Both the position numbers and the translations under genes were made by a program. 64,000 nucleotides of DNA from Cyclobacteriaceae bacterium (GTDB taxonomy: Bacteria > Bacteroidota > Bacteroidia > Cytophagales > Cyclobacteriaceae). The DNA lies in the NCBI GenBank assembly GCA_028278225.1, contig JANQEU010000031.1, positions 88,347-152,346 on the forward strand. Reading direction: 5' to 3'. The notes beneath the pieces were generated by a model that was not told the DNA's origin, made no database searches, and saw only the letters and a program-made list of their open reading frames with translations. Positions 19,280 to 28,547 of the stretch are shown piece by piece. The number at the start of each line of letters is the position of its first letter. Positions within the stretch are counted from its first letter, which is position 1.

Positions 19280-19323
19280 CCCAAAGCCTTCCTAACTTCA
19301 AGCTGTAACACCTATATCATTAA

Positions 19324-20094
19324 ATGATTGTTTCTTTTATTGGAGGGGGAAATGTTTCTTTTCATTTGTCCAGAGCGTTTACTTCAGCAGGAATCCCGAT
19401 CGAATGCATTGTGCTGAAAAATGATGGGAAAGGGCCAGATGTCTTTGCTGAAATGCGGTTACTTAGATCTGAAGATCTTAGAGATCTGCGATCAGACATC
19501 ATATTCATTGCTGTCCCGGATGATAAAATCGCCGGCATAATCAATGAATACAAATTCCCCGAAAACGCCATATTGGCTCATACGTCAGGCTCGGTTCCCA
19601 TCGATGTATTCGAAGGAAGTCCGGTTAAAGAATATGGTTGTTTCTATCCACTTCAAACTTTATCGAAATCAAGGGAGATTAGTTATGATGACATGCCGGT
19701 TTTTATCGAAGGATCAAGCGTGGCAGTTACGGATAAGCTGTTGAAAGTCGGTAGTTTGATCAGTGGAAATGTAAATCAGATGGACTCACAGACCAGGTTA
19801 AAAGTTCATTTGGCGGCTGTGATAGCCAGTAATTTTACAAATCACATGTTTCACCTTTCAAGCCGTATTCTTGAAAACGAAGCGCTGCATTTTGAGCAAC
19901 TTGCTCCGCTTGTAAAGGAAGCCGTAGACAAGGCTATCGAAATAGGTCCTGGCGCGGCTCAAACCGGCCCTGCGAGGCGAGGGGATGTAAATACCCTCAA
20001 AAAACACATAAGTATTATTGAGGACACGGGGACCAAGGCAATTTATGAGTTAATTTCCCAACAAATTGTGGATTTCTATCGTCATTCTGAATAA
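19324..20094 (+). CDS. Rossmann-like / DUF2520 domain protein
   Basis: 256 aa with N-terminal IVSFIGGGNVSFHL (dinucleotide-binding-like) and C-terminal AQTGPARRGDVNTLKKH, which is typical of DUF2520. Confidence 0.6.
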   Translation: MIVSFIGGGNVSFHLSRAFTSAGIPIECIVLKNDGKGPDVFAEMRLLRSEDLRDLRSDIIFIAVPDDKIAGIINEYKFPENAILAHTSGSVPIDVFEGSPVKEYGCFYPLQTLSKSREISYDDMPVFIEGSSVAVTDKLLKVGSLISGNVNQMDSQTRLKVHLAAVIASNFTNHMFHLSSRILENEALHFEQLAPLVKEAVDKAIEIGPGAAQTGPARRGDVNTLKKHISIIEDTGTKAIYELISQQIVDFYRHSE

Positions 20095-20951
20095 TGAACG
20101 AAGTTGTCACCAACATCCTCGGCTTTATAAAGGTAAGCAGGGTCCCTAATTTATTCATAATAGCAATCGTGCAGATTATGACCGGACTTTTTCTGCTGTC
20201 CTATCCTCTGTCGCAATTAATTTCTGTTGAATTTGTGATCCTCATACTTACCACCCAGATGGTAGCTGCTGCTGGCTATATCATAAATGATTACTACGAC
20301 CAGAAAATAGACATGATAAACAGACCCGATAAGGTGATCGTCGGTATTACATTTAAAAGACGCCTGGCCCTTATTTCTCATACGATGCTGAACGTGATAG
20401 CAATTTTTTTGGCATATCTTATTGACCCATTGATTGCTTTGATTCACCTGGGGTCTTCCGCCTTGTTGTGGTATTATAGTAATCACTTAAGGAGATTACC
20501 ATTGCTTGGAAATCTTGCAATTGCTTCATTAGGCGGTATGATCCTGTTGATTGTTTCGATATTCTTCCGGATTTCCAGCCAAGTGGTGATGATATATGCC
20601 CTTTTCGCTTTTTTGATTATTTTAATCCGCGAGATTATTAAAGATATTGAGGATGTGAAAGGGGAGGCGGCGTATGGATGCAGTACAATTCCCGTGATAT
20701 GGGGAATCCGTAGTACGAAAAACCTTATTTACCTGATAAGTTTTGTAGGGATGGCACTTCTGACTTTTTTCCTGATGGAAATCGCACAGAAAGAAGTAAG
20801 GATTTTCTTTGTGCTTTTATCTCCTGTATTTCTATGGTTTTTATATCAGATACATCTGGCCGATACTCAGAAACATTTCAAGACTGTTCATAACATTAGT
20901 AACTGGATCATTTTATGCGGTGTTCTCAGCATTGCATTCATAAATGGATAA
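20094..20951 (+). CDS. UbiA-family prenyltransferase (DGGGP-synthase-like)
   Basis: 285 aa with about 8 hydrophobic segments. It carries the two Asp-rich motifs INDYYDQKIDMINRPD and REIIKDIEDVKGE. Confidence 0.75.
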   Translation: MNEVVTNILGFIKVSRVPNLFIIAIVQIMTGLFLLSYPLSQLISVEFVILILTTQMVAAAGYIINDYYDQKIDMINRPDKVIVGITFKRRLALISHTMLNVIAIFLAYLIDPLIALIHLGSSALLWYYSNHLRRLPLLGNLAIASLGGMILLIVSIFFRISSQVVMIYALFAFLIILIREIIKDIEDVKGEAAYGCSTIPVIWGIRSTKNLIYLISFVGMALLTFFLMEIAQKEVRIFFVLLSPVFLWFLYQIHLADTQKHFKTVHNISNWIILCGVLSIAFING

Positions 20952-21519
20952 AATAAGACTAGCACTGTTTGCCTCGGGTAGTGGATCAAATGTTGAAAAC
21001 ATTGCCAAATATTTTCACGGCCATTCAACGATCAGTATTGACTTGGTGGCAGTAGACAACCCTGAAGCCTACGTGATCACCAGGGCTAAAAACCTTTCAA
21101 TCCCCTATTTCACTTTCACAAAACAGGAAATGCTCGATACGGCTTTTACCGATCATTTTTCAAAGCGAAATATTGATTTCATAATTTTAGCTGGCTTTCT
21201 ACTGAAGATCCCTCAATTCTTCATCGAACAATTTCCTGACAGGATAATGAACATTCATCCGGCATTGCTACCCAAGTTCGGAGGTAAGGGGATGTATGGT
21301 GATCGTGTTCACAAAGCAGTGATTGAAAATAAGGAAAAAAAATCAGGGATCTCCATCCATTTGGTGAACCAGAACTATGACGAAGGCAAGATCATTTTCC
21401 AAAAAAGTATTGATGTTATTGCTGAGGACACGCCTCAATCCCTGGCTTCAAGGATCCACGAATTGGAGTACAAATATTATCCGAAAGTGATAGAGGAATA
21501 CATCCAAAAACTAAGCTGA
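20944..21519 (+). CDS. purN: Phosphoribosylglycinamide formyltransferase
   Basis: 191 aa with FASGSGSN and NIHPALLPKFGG motifs. Confidence 0.9.
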   Translation: MDKIRLALFASGSGSNVENIAKYFHGHSTISIDLVAVDNPEAYVITRAKNLSIPYFTFTKQEMLDTAFTDHFSKRNIDFIILAGFLLKIPQFFIEQFPDRIMNIHPALLPKFGGKGMYGDRVHKAVIENKEKKSGISIHLVNQNYDEGKIIFQKSIDVIAEDTPQSLASRIHELEYKYYPKVIEEYIQKLS

Positions 21520-21537
21520 GATATAGCTAAATAATTC

Positions 21538-21545
21538 TAGCTTTG
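21538..21545 (+). promoter_or_regulatory. Candidate -7 promoter box (TAGCTTTG) for purH
   Basis: Exact TAnnTTTG match, 19 nt upstream of ATG 21565. Confidence 0.45.
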
Positions 21546-21564
21546 CAGCTTATTTTTCCGGGCC

Positions 21565-23094
21565 ATGAGTGAAGCTAAAATACAATCAGCACTAATTTCA
21601 GTTTTTAACAAAGAGGGACTTGATCCGATCATTCGAAAGCTGCATAGCCTGGGTGTCAGTATATACTCGACGGGTGGTACCTACGATTTTATCAAGGGTT
21701 TGAATATTCCGGTAACATCGGTAGAATCAGTGACCGATTATCCTTCGATTTTCGGGGGAAGAGTAAAAACACTGCACCCCAAGATCTTTGGAGGGATCCT
21801 GCACAGAAGAGATGATAAAAATGATTCGATTGAAAAAGAAAAATACGATATTCCTGCAATTGATCTTGTGATTGTCGATCTGTACCCCTTTGAGGACACG
21901 GTAGCGGCACCAAGTGCTAAAAAGGAAGAAATAATTGAAAAGATAGATGTAGGTGGGATCGCACTGATCAGGGGAGCTGCAAAAAATTTCAAGGATGTGA
22001 TCATCGTTCCATCCAGAAAGTATTACGGTGATCTTTTGCAACTTCTCGACGAAAAAAATGGTGTGTCGAACTTATCCGAAAGAAAGAGTTTCGCTGCCAA
22101 AGCTTTCGACATGTCATCACACTATGATACGGCCATATTCAACTATCTTAATAGTAATAATGACGTTCAATCTTTCAAAACAAGCGTAGGGAATAGAAAA
22201 TCACTACGATATGGTGAAAATCCCCATCAGGGAGGATCTTTCTACGGTGATTTTGAGGCGTTCTTTGATCAATTTCATGGGAAAGACATTTCGTACAATA
22301 ACCTGGTCGATATCGAGGCCGCAGTTCAATTGATCAGTGAATTTGATGGTACAGTCGCATTTGGCATTTTAAAACATAATAATGCATGTGGTTTTGCTGT
22401 ATCCGATTCTACGCTGTCCGCTTATCAACTGGCTCTACAGGCGGATCCGGTGTCCGCTTTTGGAGGCATACTCATCACAAACAATGAAGTTGATCAGGAT
22501 GCCGCAAATGAAATAAACGAACTGTTTTTTGAAATAATTATCGCTCCGAATTTCACTGAAAAAGCTTTGGAGATTCTAAAACAAAAGAAGAACAGGATCA
22601 TCCTCGTTCAAAAGCTCCATTACAATGTGAAAGATCAATTCAGATCCCTATTAAATGGTGTGATCACACAGCAATATGATCACAAAACTGATAGTGAATC
22701 GGATTTGAATGTTGTTACAAGGAGAAATCCCTCCGGCAGGGAGAAGACTGCCTTACTTTTTGCATCCAAACTTGCCAAACATACCAAATCCAATACAATA
22801 GTACTTGCAAATGATCGGCAATTATTAGCCAGTGGAGTTGGTCAGACATCCCGGGTAGATGCTCTGGAACAGGCCATCGCAAAAGCCACCAAATTCGGGT
22901 TTGAGTTGAATGAAGCTGTGATGGCGTCGGACGCCTTTTTCCCCTTTCCGGATTGTGTGGAAATCGCTCATAAAGCCGGAATTAAAGCTGTCATTCAACC
23001 GGGAGGATCAGTCAAAGATCAATTGTCCATTGACTACTGTGACCGACAGGATATGGCCATGGTCTTTACCGGATTCCGGCATTTTAAGCATTAG
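21565..23094 (+). CDS. purH: Bifunctional AICAR transformylase / IMP cyclohydrolase
   Basis: 509 aa with an MGS-like N-domain (KTLHPKIFGGIL) and an AICARFT C-domain ending FRHFKH. Confidence 0.93.
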   Translation: MSEAKIQSALISVFNKEGLDPIIRKLHSLGVSIYSTGGTYDFIKGLNIPVTSVESVTDYPSIFGGRVKTLHPKIFGGILHRRDDKNDSIEKEKYDIPAIDLVIVDLYPFEDTVAAPSAKKEEIIEKIDVGGIALIRGAAKNFKDVIIVPSRKYYGDLLQLLDEKNGVSNLSERKSFAAKAFDMSSHYDTAIFNYLNSNNDVQSFKTSVGNRKSLRYGENPHQGGSFYGDFEAFFDQFHGKDISYNNLVDIEAAVQLISEFDGTVAFGILKHNNACGFAVSDSTLSAYQLALQADPVSAFGGILITNNEVDQDAANEINELFFEIIIAPNFTEKALEILKQKKNRIILVQKLHYNVKDQFRSLLNGVITQQYDHKTDSESDLNVVTRRNPSGREKTALLFASKLAKHTKSNTIVLANDRQLLASGVGQTSRVDALEQAIAKATKFGFELNEAVMASDAFFPFPDCVEIAHKAGIKAVIQPGGSVKDQLSIDYCDRQDMAMVFTGFRHFKH

Positions 23095-23155
23095 GAATAA
23101 AGTATTGAAAAGTATTATTAACTTCAAGCACATTTAATTTTTACACTTCGCACGA

Positions 23156-24184
23156 ATGGGGTTTTTCGATTTCTTCTCAAGTGATATTGCAATTGACCTG
23201 GGCACAGCTAATACGCTGATCATAAGTAAGGATAAAGTAGTTGTGGACGAGCCATCAATCATTGCTATTGATAAGAATACGAACAAGGTACTGGCTATCG
23301 GCAGGGAAGCGATGCAAATGCATGAAAAGACCCATGAAAATATCAAAACCATTCGTCCGCTGAAAGATGGAGTGATAGCTGATTTCCATGCTGCAGAGCA
23401 CATGATCCGGGGAATGATCAAGATGATTGAAGGTAACAACAAGCGATTGTTTCCGGCGTCCCACAGGATGGTAATTTGCATTCCATCGGGCATCACGGAA
23501 GTAGAAAAAAGGGCGGTTCGGGATAGTGCGGAACATGCCGGCGCGAAGGAAGTGTATATGATACATGAACCGATCGCCGCAGCGGTAGGTATAGGATTAA
23601 ATATTGAGCAGCCAATTGGCTCTATGATTGTGGATATTGGGGGAGGAACCACGGAAATAGCCGTGATAGCACTCTCCGGGATTGTATGCGACCAATCTAT
23701 CAGGGTCGCGGGTGATTCTTTCAATAAGGATATCCTTGATTATATGAGACGCCAGCATAATTTGCTAATAGGCGAGAGAACGGCCGAAAGAGTGAAGATC
23801 GAGGTAGGGTCTGCCCTCACCGAATTGGATGAAGGTCCCGAAGATTACGAAATAAGGGGTCGGGATTTGATGACGGGTATTCCAAAAGTGATCAAAATAT
23901 CTTACTCGGAAATTGCATTTGCAATTGACAAGTCTGTATCAAAAATCGAGGAAGCAGTTTTGAAAGCTCTTGAAATTTCACCCCCGGAGCTATCTGCGGA
24001 CATCTATGACAACGGAATTTATCTTACAGGAGGTGGGGCATTGTTAAGAGGTCTGGATAAAAGGCTAAGCCTCAAGACCAAGCTACCCATACACATTGCC
24101 GATGATCCGCTGAGAGCTGTGGTTCGCGGTACTGGTCAAACCCTAAAGAATCTTCAAAATTATAAAGCAGTCCTGATGACATAG
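23156..24184 (+). CDS. mreB: Rod-shape-determining actin homologue MreB
   Basis: 342 aa with DLGTANTLI and DIGGGTTEIA. Confidence 0.95.
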   Translation: MGFFDFFSSDIAIDLGTANTLIISKDKVVVDEPSIIAIDKNTNKVLAIGREAMQMHEKTHENIKTIRPLKDGVIADFHAAEHMIRGMIKMIEGNNKRLFPASHRMVICIPSGITEVEKRAVRDSAEHAGAKEVYMIHEPIAAAVGIGLNIEQPIGSMIVDIGGGTTEIAVIALSGIVCDQSIRVAGDSFNKDILDYMRRQHNLLIGERTAERVKIEVGSALTELDEGPEDYEIRGRDLMTGIPKVIKISYSEIAFAIDKSVSKIEEAVLKALEISPPELSADIYDNGIYLTGGGALLRGLDKRLSLKTKLPIHIADDPLRAVVRGTGQTLKNLQNYKAVLMT

Positions 24185-24997
24185 ATGAAGGGCTTTCTGG
24201 CATTTTTATATCGCTATCGCGTTTTCTTCTTTTTTGTTTTCCTGGAGCTCATTTCTTTTTGGTTATTAGTTTCTTACAATAATTACTACAACGCTTTTTT
24301 CTTCAACTCATCCAATCAATTGGCGGGAAGTATCCAAACTACCACTCAGAATACCATTGATTATGTAGACCTGATGAAAGCAAATGAAGAACTTGCCATC
24401 GAAAACGCTAATTTAAGGAAGCGTATTTTCAACCTGGAATCCGCAATTCCGACACATGGTCAATACGAGGATCAATTTGAGGTAATACCTGCAAAGGTCG
24501 TTAATAACAATTTTAGACGAAGTGCTAATTACATCACAATTAATAAAGGAGCTTCACATGGAATCTCTCCTGAAATGGGAGTATTATCCACCCAGGGTGC
24601 CGTTGGCATTGTAAAATCAGTATCAAGAAATTACGCTACAATCACTTCATTGCTCCATCAGAACCTCATGGTTTCAAGTGAACTGAAATCCACAGGCACA
24701 CTATGCACCACACAATGGGATGCCATTAGCCCCAGAGAAAGCAAGGTCAGATTTATACCCAGACACATTCCCTTGAGGGAAGGAGATACGGTCGTCACCT
24801 CCGGGTTTAATGCTATTTTCCCACCGGGTGTGGTTATTGGCGTTATTGAATCATTTAGTTTGAGTGACGAATCCGCATTTTACGATGCAACATTAGAACT
24901 GGAGAATGACTTCACTTCACTCCGCTATGTGAATGTGGTAGCAAATAAACAAAAGACAGAAAAGGATAGCCTGGAAGCACAGTATGGTCAGAATTAA
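24185..24997 (+). CDS. mreC: Rod-shape-determining protein MreC
   Basis: 270 aa with an N-terminal TM segment, a coiled-coil (ANEELAIENANLRKR) and a beta-rich C-domain. Its position between mreB and mreD supports the call. Confidence 0.85.
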   Translation: MKGFLAFLYRYRVFFFFVFLELISFWLLVSYNNYYNAFFFNSSNQLAGSIQTTTQNTIDYVDLMKANEELAIENANLRKRIFNLESAIPTHGQYEDQFEVIPAKVVNNNFRRSANYITINKGASHGISPEMGVLSTQGAVGIVKSVSRNYATITSLLHQNLMVSSELKSTGTLCTTQWDAISPRESKVRFIPRHIPLREGDTVVTSGFNAIFPPGVVIGVIESFSLSDESAFYDATLELENDFTSLRYVNVVANKQKTEKDSLEAQYGQN

Positions 24998-25499
24998 CTA
25001 TCAACAACTAGTTTTATATTTTCTGGTGTACGTGGTTTTGCAGTTACCATTACTCTACAAGTTTGTTCTTTTTGACAGTGCTTTTGGATTTTTTTATCTC
25101 GGATTTCTACTGTTGCTTCCATTTGGCATAAATCCTTTCATCAGGCTCACATCAGGGTTTTTCGTTGGATTGCTGATAGACATTTTCTCCAATACTCCGG
25201 GCTTACATGCCGCAGCAGGCACAATTCTTATGTTTATCCGGGACTACTGGTTATTGGTGGTAAAGGAGGATCTGGAAGATGACCCCAATCTCTCAGTATT
25301 CAGGTTTGGCATGCGAGGAACATTTTTGTATCTCTTTCCGCTAATATTTTTGCACCTTCTTTTCATCTTCGGTATTGAGCACGGCAAATTCCTGGGTTTT
25401 GGACTGGTCTTGAAGAGAGTATTTTTGAGTTCGCTGTTTACATTTATTTGTGTGGTGATCTTTAACTTTATTATGGCCGGCAGGAAAAAGAGAGTATGA
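24984..25499 (+). CDS. mreD: Rod-shape-determining protein MreD
   Basis: 171 aa hydrophobic multi-TM protein. It overlaps the end of mreC and the start of mrdA. Confidence 0.7.
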   Translation: MVRINYQQLVLYFLVYVVLQLPLLYKFVLFDSAFGFFYLGFLLLLPFGINPFIRLTSGFFVGLLIDIFSNTPGLHAAAGTILMFIRDYWLLVVKEDLEDDPNLSVFRFGMRGTFLYLFPLIFLHLLFIFGIEHGKFLGFGLVLKRVFLSSLFTFICVVIFNFIMAGRKKRV

Positions 25500-27310
25500 A
25501 TACAAGGGCAGTTATCATCCGGATCACTATTGTGATCACTGTTTTAGTCTTTTCTGCAAGACTATTTTCCATTCAAATTATCGATGATCAGTACAAACAG
25601 GCAGCTCAGAACAATATCATTCACAAGGTCATAAAATATCCTTACCGTGGGCTTATTACAGACAAGTATGGGAAACTACTTGTACATAATGAGCCCGTTT
25701 ATGACCTGATGGTCATACCGAAAGAGGTCAATCATCAGGATTCCACCAGAATTTGTGACCTGTTGGAAATCACTAATCAGGAATACCTGGACAGTTACAA
25801 CAAAGCGAAGAGGTATTCAATCATCCTCCCTTCAATATTCTACGACAAATTGTCCAACGAGAAATTTGCATCTATTCAGGATAAGATCGTGGATGTAAGC
25901 GGCTATACTATACAGCCAAGGACGACAAGATCTTACGACCATAAGTCATTGGCAAATGTTCTTGGTTATGTAGGAGAAGTAACCGCAAGTCAACTGAGAG
26001 CCGACACCAGTAATTATTACAGATCAGGTGATTACATCGGTATTACCGGTGTGGAAAAGTATTACGAGCAAGACTTAAGGGGAAAGAGAGGCATCAGCTA
26101 TCAGACCGTTGATGTTCGTGGAACTGTGATTGGTGAATTTGGTGATGGTGAATTTGACACACTGCCGGAATCCGGCAATAATATCCAGCTAACAATTGAT
26201 TTGGAATTGCAGCAGTATGCGGAGAAACTGATGGAGGGAAAGACCGGAAGTGTAGTTGCAATTGAGCCCAAAACGGGTGAAATACTTGCATTTGTTTCGG
26301 CACCGTCGTATGATCCAAACCAATTCTCCGGGCGTGATTTTTCTGAAAATTTTTCCAAAGTTCAGCTTGATTCCCTAAAACCCCTATTCAATCGTCCCAT
26401 CCAGGCGATGTATCCTCCGGGGTCAATGTTTAAGACGATCCAGTCATTGGTAGCTCTAAAGGAAAATCGGGTTGGAACAAAAGAAGAAATATACTGTGAA
26501 GGGGATCTGATCGGGGACCTGGCACCTCCGGGAGAATATGATATCACAAAGGCAATTACGTATTCTTCCAACAATTTCTTCTATAAAGTTTTCAGGAGAG
26601 TGATCCAACAGGGCTATGATGAAAATTCATTCATCGACGCCAGGATAGGTTATGAAAGATGGAGATCACACGTACTTGACTTCGGGTTGGGAGATAGATT
26701 GGGAATTGATCTGCCCAATGAGAACACCGGATCAATACCTGACCTGAACGTTTATGACCGGATATATGGGATAAACAGATGGCGTTTCTCCAATATCTAT
26801 TCACTGAGTATCGGACAGGGTGAGTTGCTTGTCACACCGCTTCAAATGGCCAACCTGGGATCAATACTTGCCAACAGAGGATATTATTATACTCCACATG
26901 TGGTGAGAGCAATTGGAAATGGTACGAGCATCCCACAAAACCGGAACGAAGTGGGTATTGACCCGGCGTATTTTGAAGTAGTGGTGGATGGTATGGAAAA
27001 AGTGATTTCCATAGGATCGGGAATACGGGCCTACATACCGGATTTACCGATATGTGGCAAAACAAGTACGGTGGAAAATCCTCATGGTGAAGATCATTCA
27101 GGCTTTATGGGTTTTGCCCCGAAAGACAATCCTGAAATAGCAATTGCAGTTTACGTTGAGAATGCAGGCTGGGGAGGGCGCGCTGCCGGATCAACAGCCA
27201 GTTTATTAATAGAAAAACACATAAAGGGTCATATTACACGACCCTGGACTGAGGCATACGTATTGAAGGGAGATTTTGCAGATGAGAGACCAACTAACGA
27301 ATCGGATTGA
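25496..27310 (+). CDS. mrdA: Penicillin-binding protein 2 (elongasome transpeptidase)
   Basis: 604 aa with an N-terminal TM segment, the SxxK active site in PPGSMFKT, and SSN and GKTST motifs. Confidence 0.9.
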   Translation: MNTRAVIIRITIVITVLVFSARLFSIQIIDDQYKQAAQNNIIHKVIKYPYRGLITDKYGKLLVHNEPVYDLMVIPKEVNHQDSTRICDLLEITNQEYLDSYNKAKRYSIILPSIFYDKLSNEKFASIQDKIVDVSGYTIQPRTTRSYDHKSLANVLGYVGEVTASQLRADTSNYYRSGDYIGITGVEKYYEQDLRGKRGISYQTVDVRGTVIGEFGDGEFDTLPESGNNIQLTIDLELQQYAEKLMEGKTGSVVAIEPKTGEILAFVSAPSYDPNQFSGRDFSENFSKVQLDSLKPLFNRPIQAMYPPGSMFKTIQSLVALKENRVGTKEEIYCEGDLIGDLAPPGEYDITKAITYSSNNFFYKVFRRVIQQGYDENSFIDARIGYERWRSHVLDFGLGDRLGIDLPNENTGSIPDLNVYDRIYGINRWRFSNIYSLSIGQGELLVTPLQMANLGSILANRGYYYTPHVVRAIGNGTSIPQNRNEVGIDPAYFEVVVDGMEKVISIGSGIRAYIPDLPICGKTSTVENPHGEDHSGFMGFAPKDNPEIAIAVYVENAGWGGRAAGSTASLLIEKHIKGHITRPWTEAYVLKGDFADERPTNESD

Positions 27311-28547
27311 CTGGCTTTTGATATTTATTTACCTGATCCTGGTCATGGCAGGATGGGTCAATATTTACGCGGCTGATTTTGATCTCGAATCCACCAAGAG
27401 CATATTCAGTCTAAGCCAAAGCTCGGGAAGACAACTACTCTGGATCGTTTCTTCAATTGTCCTGATAATTATAATTTTCGCAATTGATTACCGGTTTTTT
27501 GAATCGTTTGCTTACCTGGTATACGGAATCTCTATTCTGCTGCTGGTCGCTGTGCTTTTACTTGGTAGAGAAGTCGCCGGATCCACCTCCTGGTTTGAGA
27601 TTGGGAGTTTTAAATTACAACCATCGGAGTTTGCCAAGATAGCCACAGCCATAGGTCTGTCAAAGTTTTTTAGCAGTGCCTCCAGGAAGGTCTCTGATAA
27701 TAAAGATCTCTTAATATCTTCACTCATATTTATTGTACCTATCTGCCTCATCGTCCTGCAGGGAGATACAGGTACGGCTCTCGTTTATACCGCTTTTGTA
27801 CTGGTTCTTTTTAGAGAGGGTATGTCCCCAACGATCCTGATGGTTGCCCTGGGAGGAATAGCTGTTTTCATACTTACATTATTGGTAAATCAGGTTGTCC
27901 TTGTCATCGGGATTATTGTAGTGGCATTGATTGCCGCAGGAATAATGGCCAGAAACATAAGGAACGGGTTGATCATTGGTGCTGTGGCGATTGCAACAAT
28001 CGGGATAGTGATCAGTGTGGATTTCGTACTAAACGAAGTATTGAAGCCTCATCAGCAAAAAAGAGTAATGTCACTGATAAATCCCAATGCGGATCCGCTG
28101 GGAGTGGGATGGAACGTAACCCAATCCAAAATTGCCATTGGTTCGGGTGGATTTAGTGGAAAAGGTTTCTTAAACGGAACTCAAACCAAATTTGATTTCG
28201 TTCCTGAACAAACCACCGATTTTATTTTTTGTACCATTGGTGAAGAACACGGCTGGATCGGAAGCACAATAGTTCTGATCCTGTTTGCTGTTTTATTAAT
28301 TCGCATTACTGTCATTGCCGAAAGACAAAAATCCGATTTTGTCCGGGTTTACGGCTACAGTGTTTTTGCAATCTTATTTTTTCATTTTGCAATCAATGTG
28401 GCAATGACAATCGGATTATTCCCGGTAGTAGGCATCCCCCTTCCATTTTTTAGTTACGGAGGTTCAAGCCTCTGGACGTTTACAATTTTGCTTTTTATTC
28501 TGCTGAAGCTTGACAGCCACAGGATGGAATTACTTCAAAGATGGTAA
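27282..28547 (+). CDS. rodA: Peptidoglycan glycosyltransferase RodA (SEDS family)
   Basis: A polytopic FtsW/RodA/SpoVE-family protein (PFFSYGGSS). The first ATG is 27282 (MRDQLTNRIDWLL); the track start at 27276 is TTG. Confidence 0.9.
   Translation: MRDQLTNRIDWLLIFIYLILVMAGWVNIYAADFDLESTKSIFSLSQSSGRQLLWIVSSIVLIIIIFAIDYRFFESFAYLVYGISILLLVAVLLLGREVAGSTSWFEIGSFKLQPSEFAKIATAIGLSKFFSSASRKVSDNKDLLISSLIFIVPICLIVLQGDTGTALVYTAFVLVLFREGMSPTILMVALGGIAVFILTLLVNQVVLVIGIIVVALIAAGIMARNIRNGLIIGAVAIATIGIVISVDFVLNEVLKPHQQKRVMSLINPNADPLGVGWNVTQSKIAIGSGGFSGKGFLNGTQTKFDFVPEQTTDFIFCTIGEEHGWIGSTIVLILFAVLLIRITVIAERQKSDFVRVYGYSVFAILFFHFAINVAMTIGLFPVVGIPLPFFSYGGSSLWTFTILLFILLKLDSHRMELLQRW

Noticed and set aside
23134-23724. 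A 196-aa ORF antisense to mreB.
   Set aside because: It lies opposite one of the most conserved genes in the window. The hydrophobic low-complexity product is typical of antisense translation of a conserved gene.
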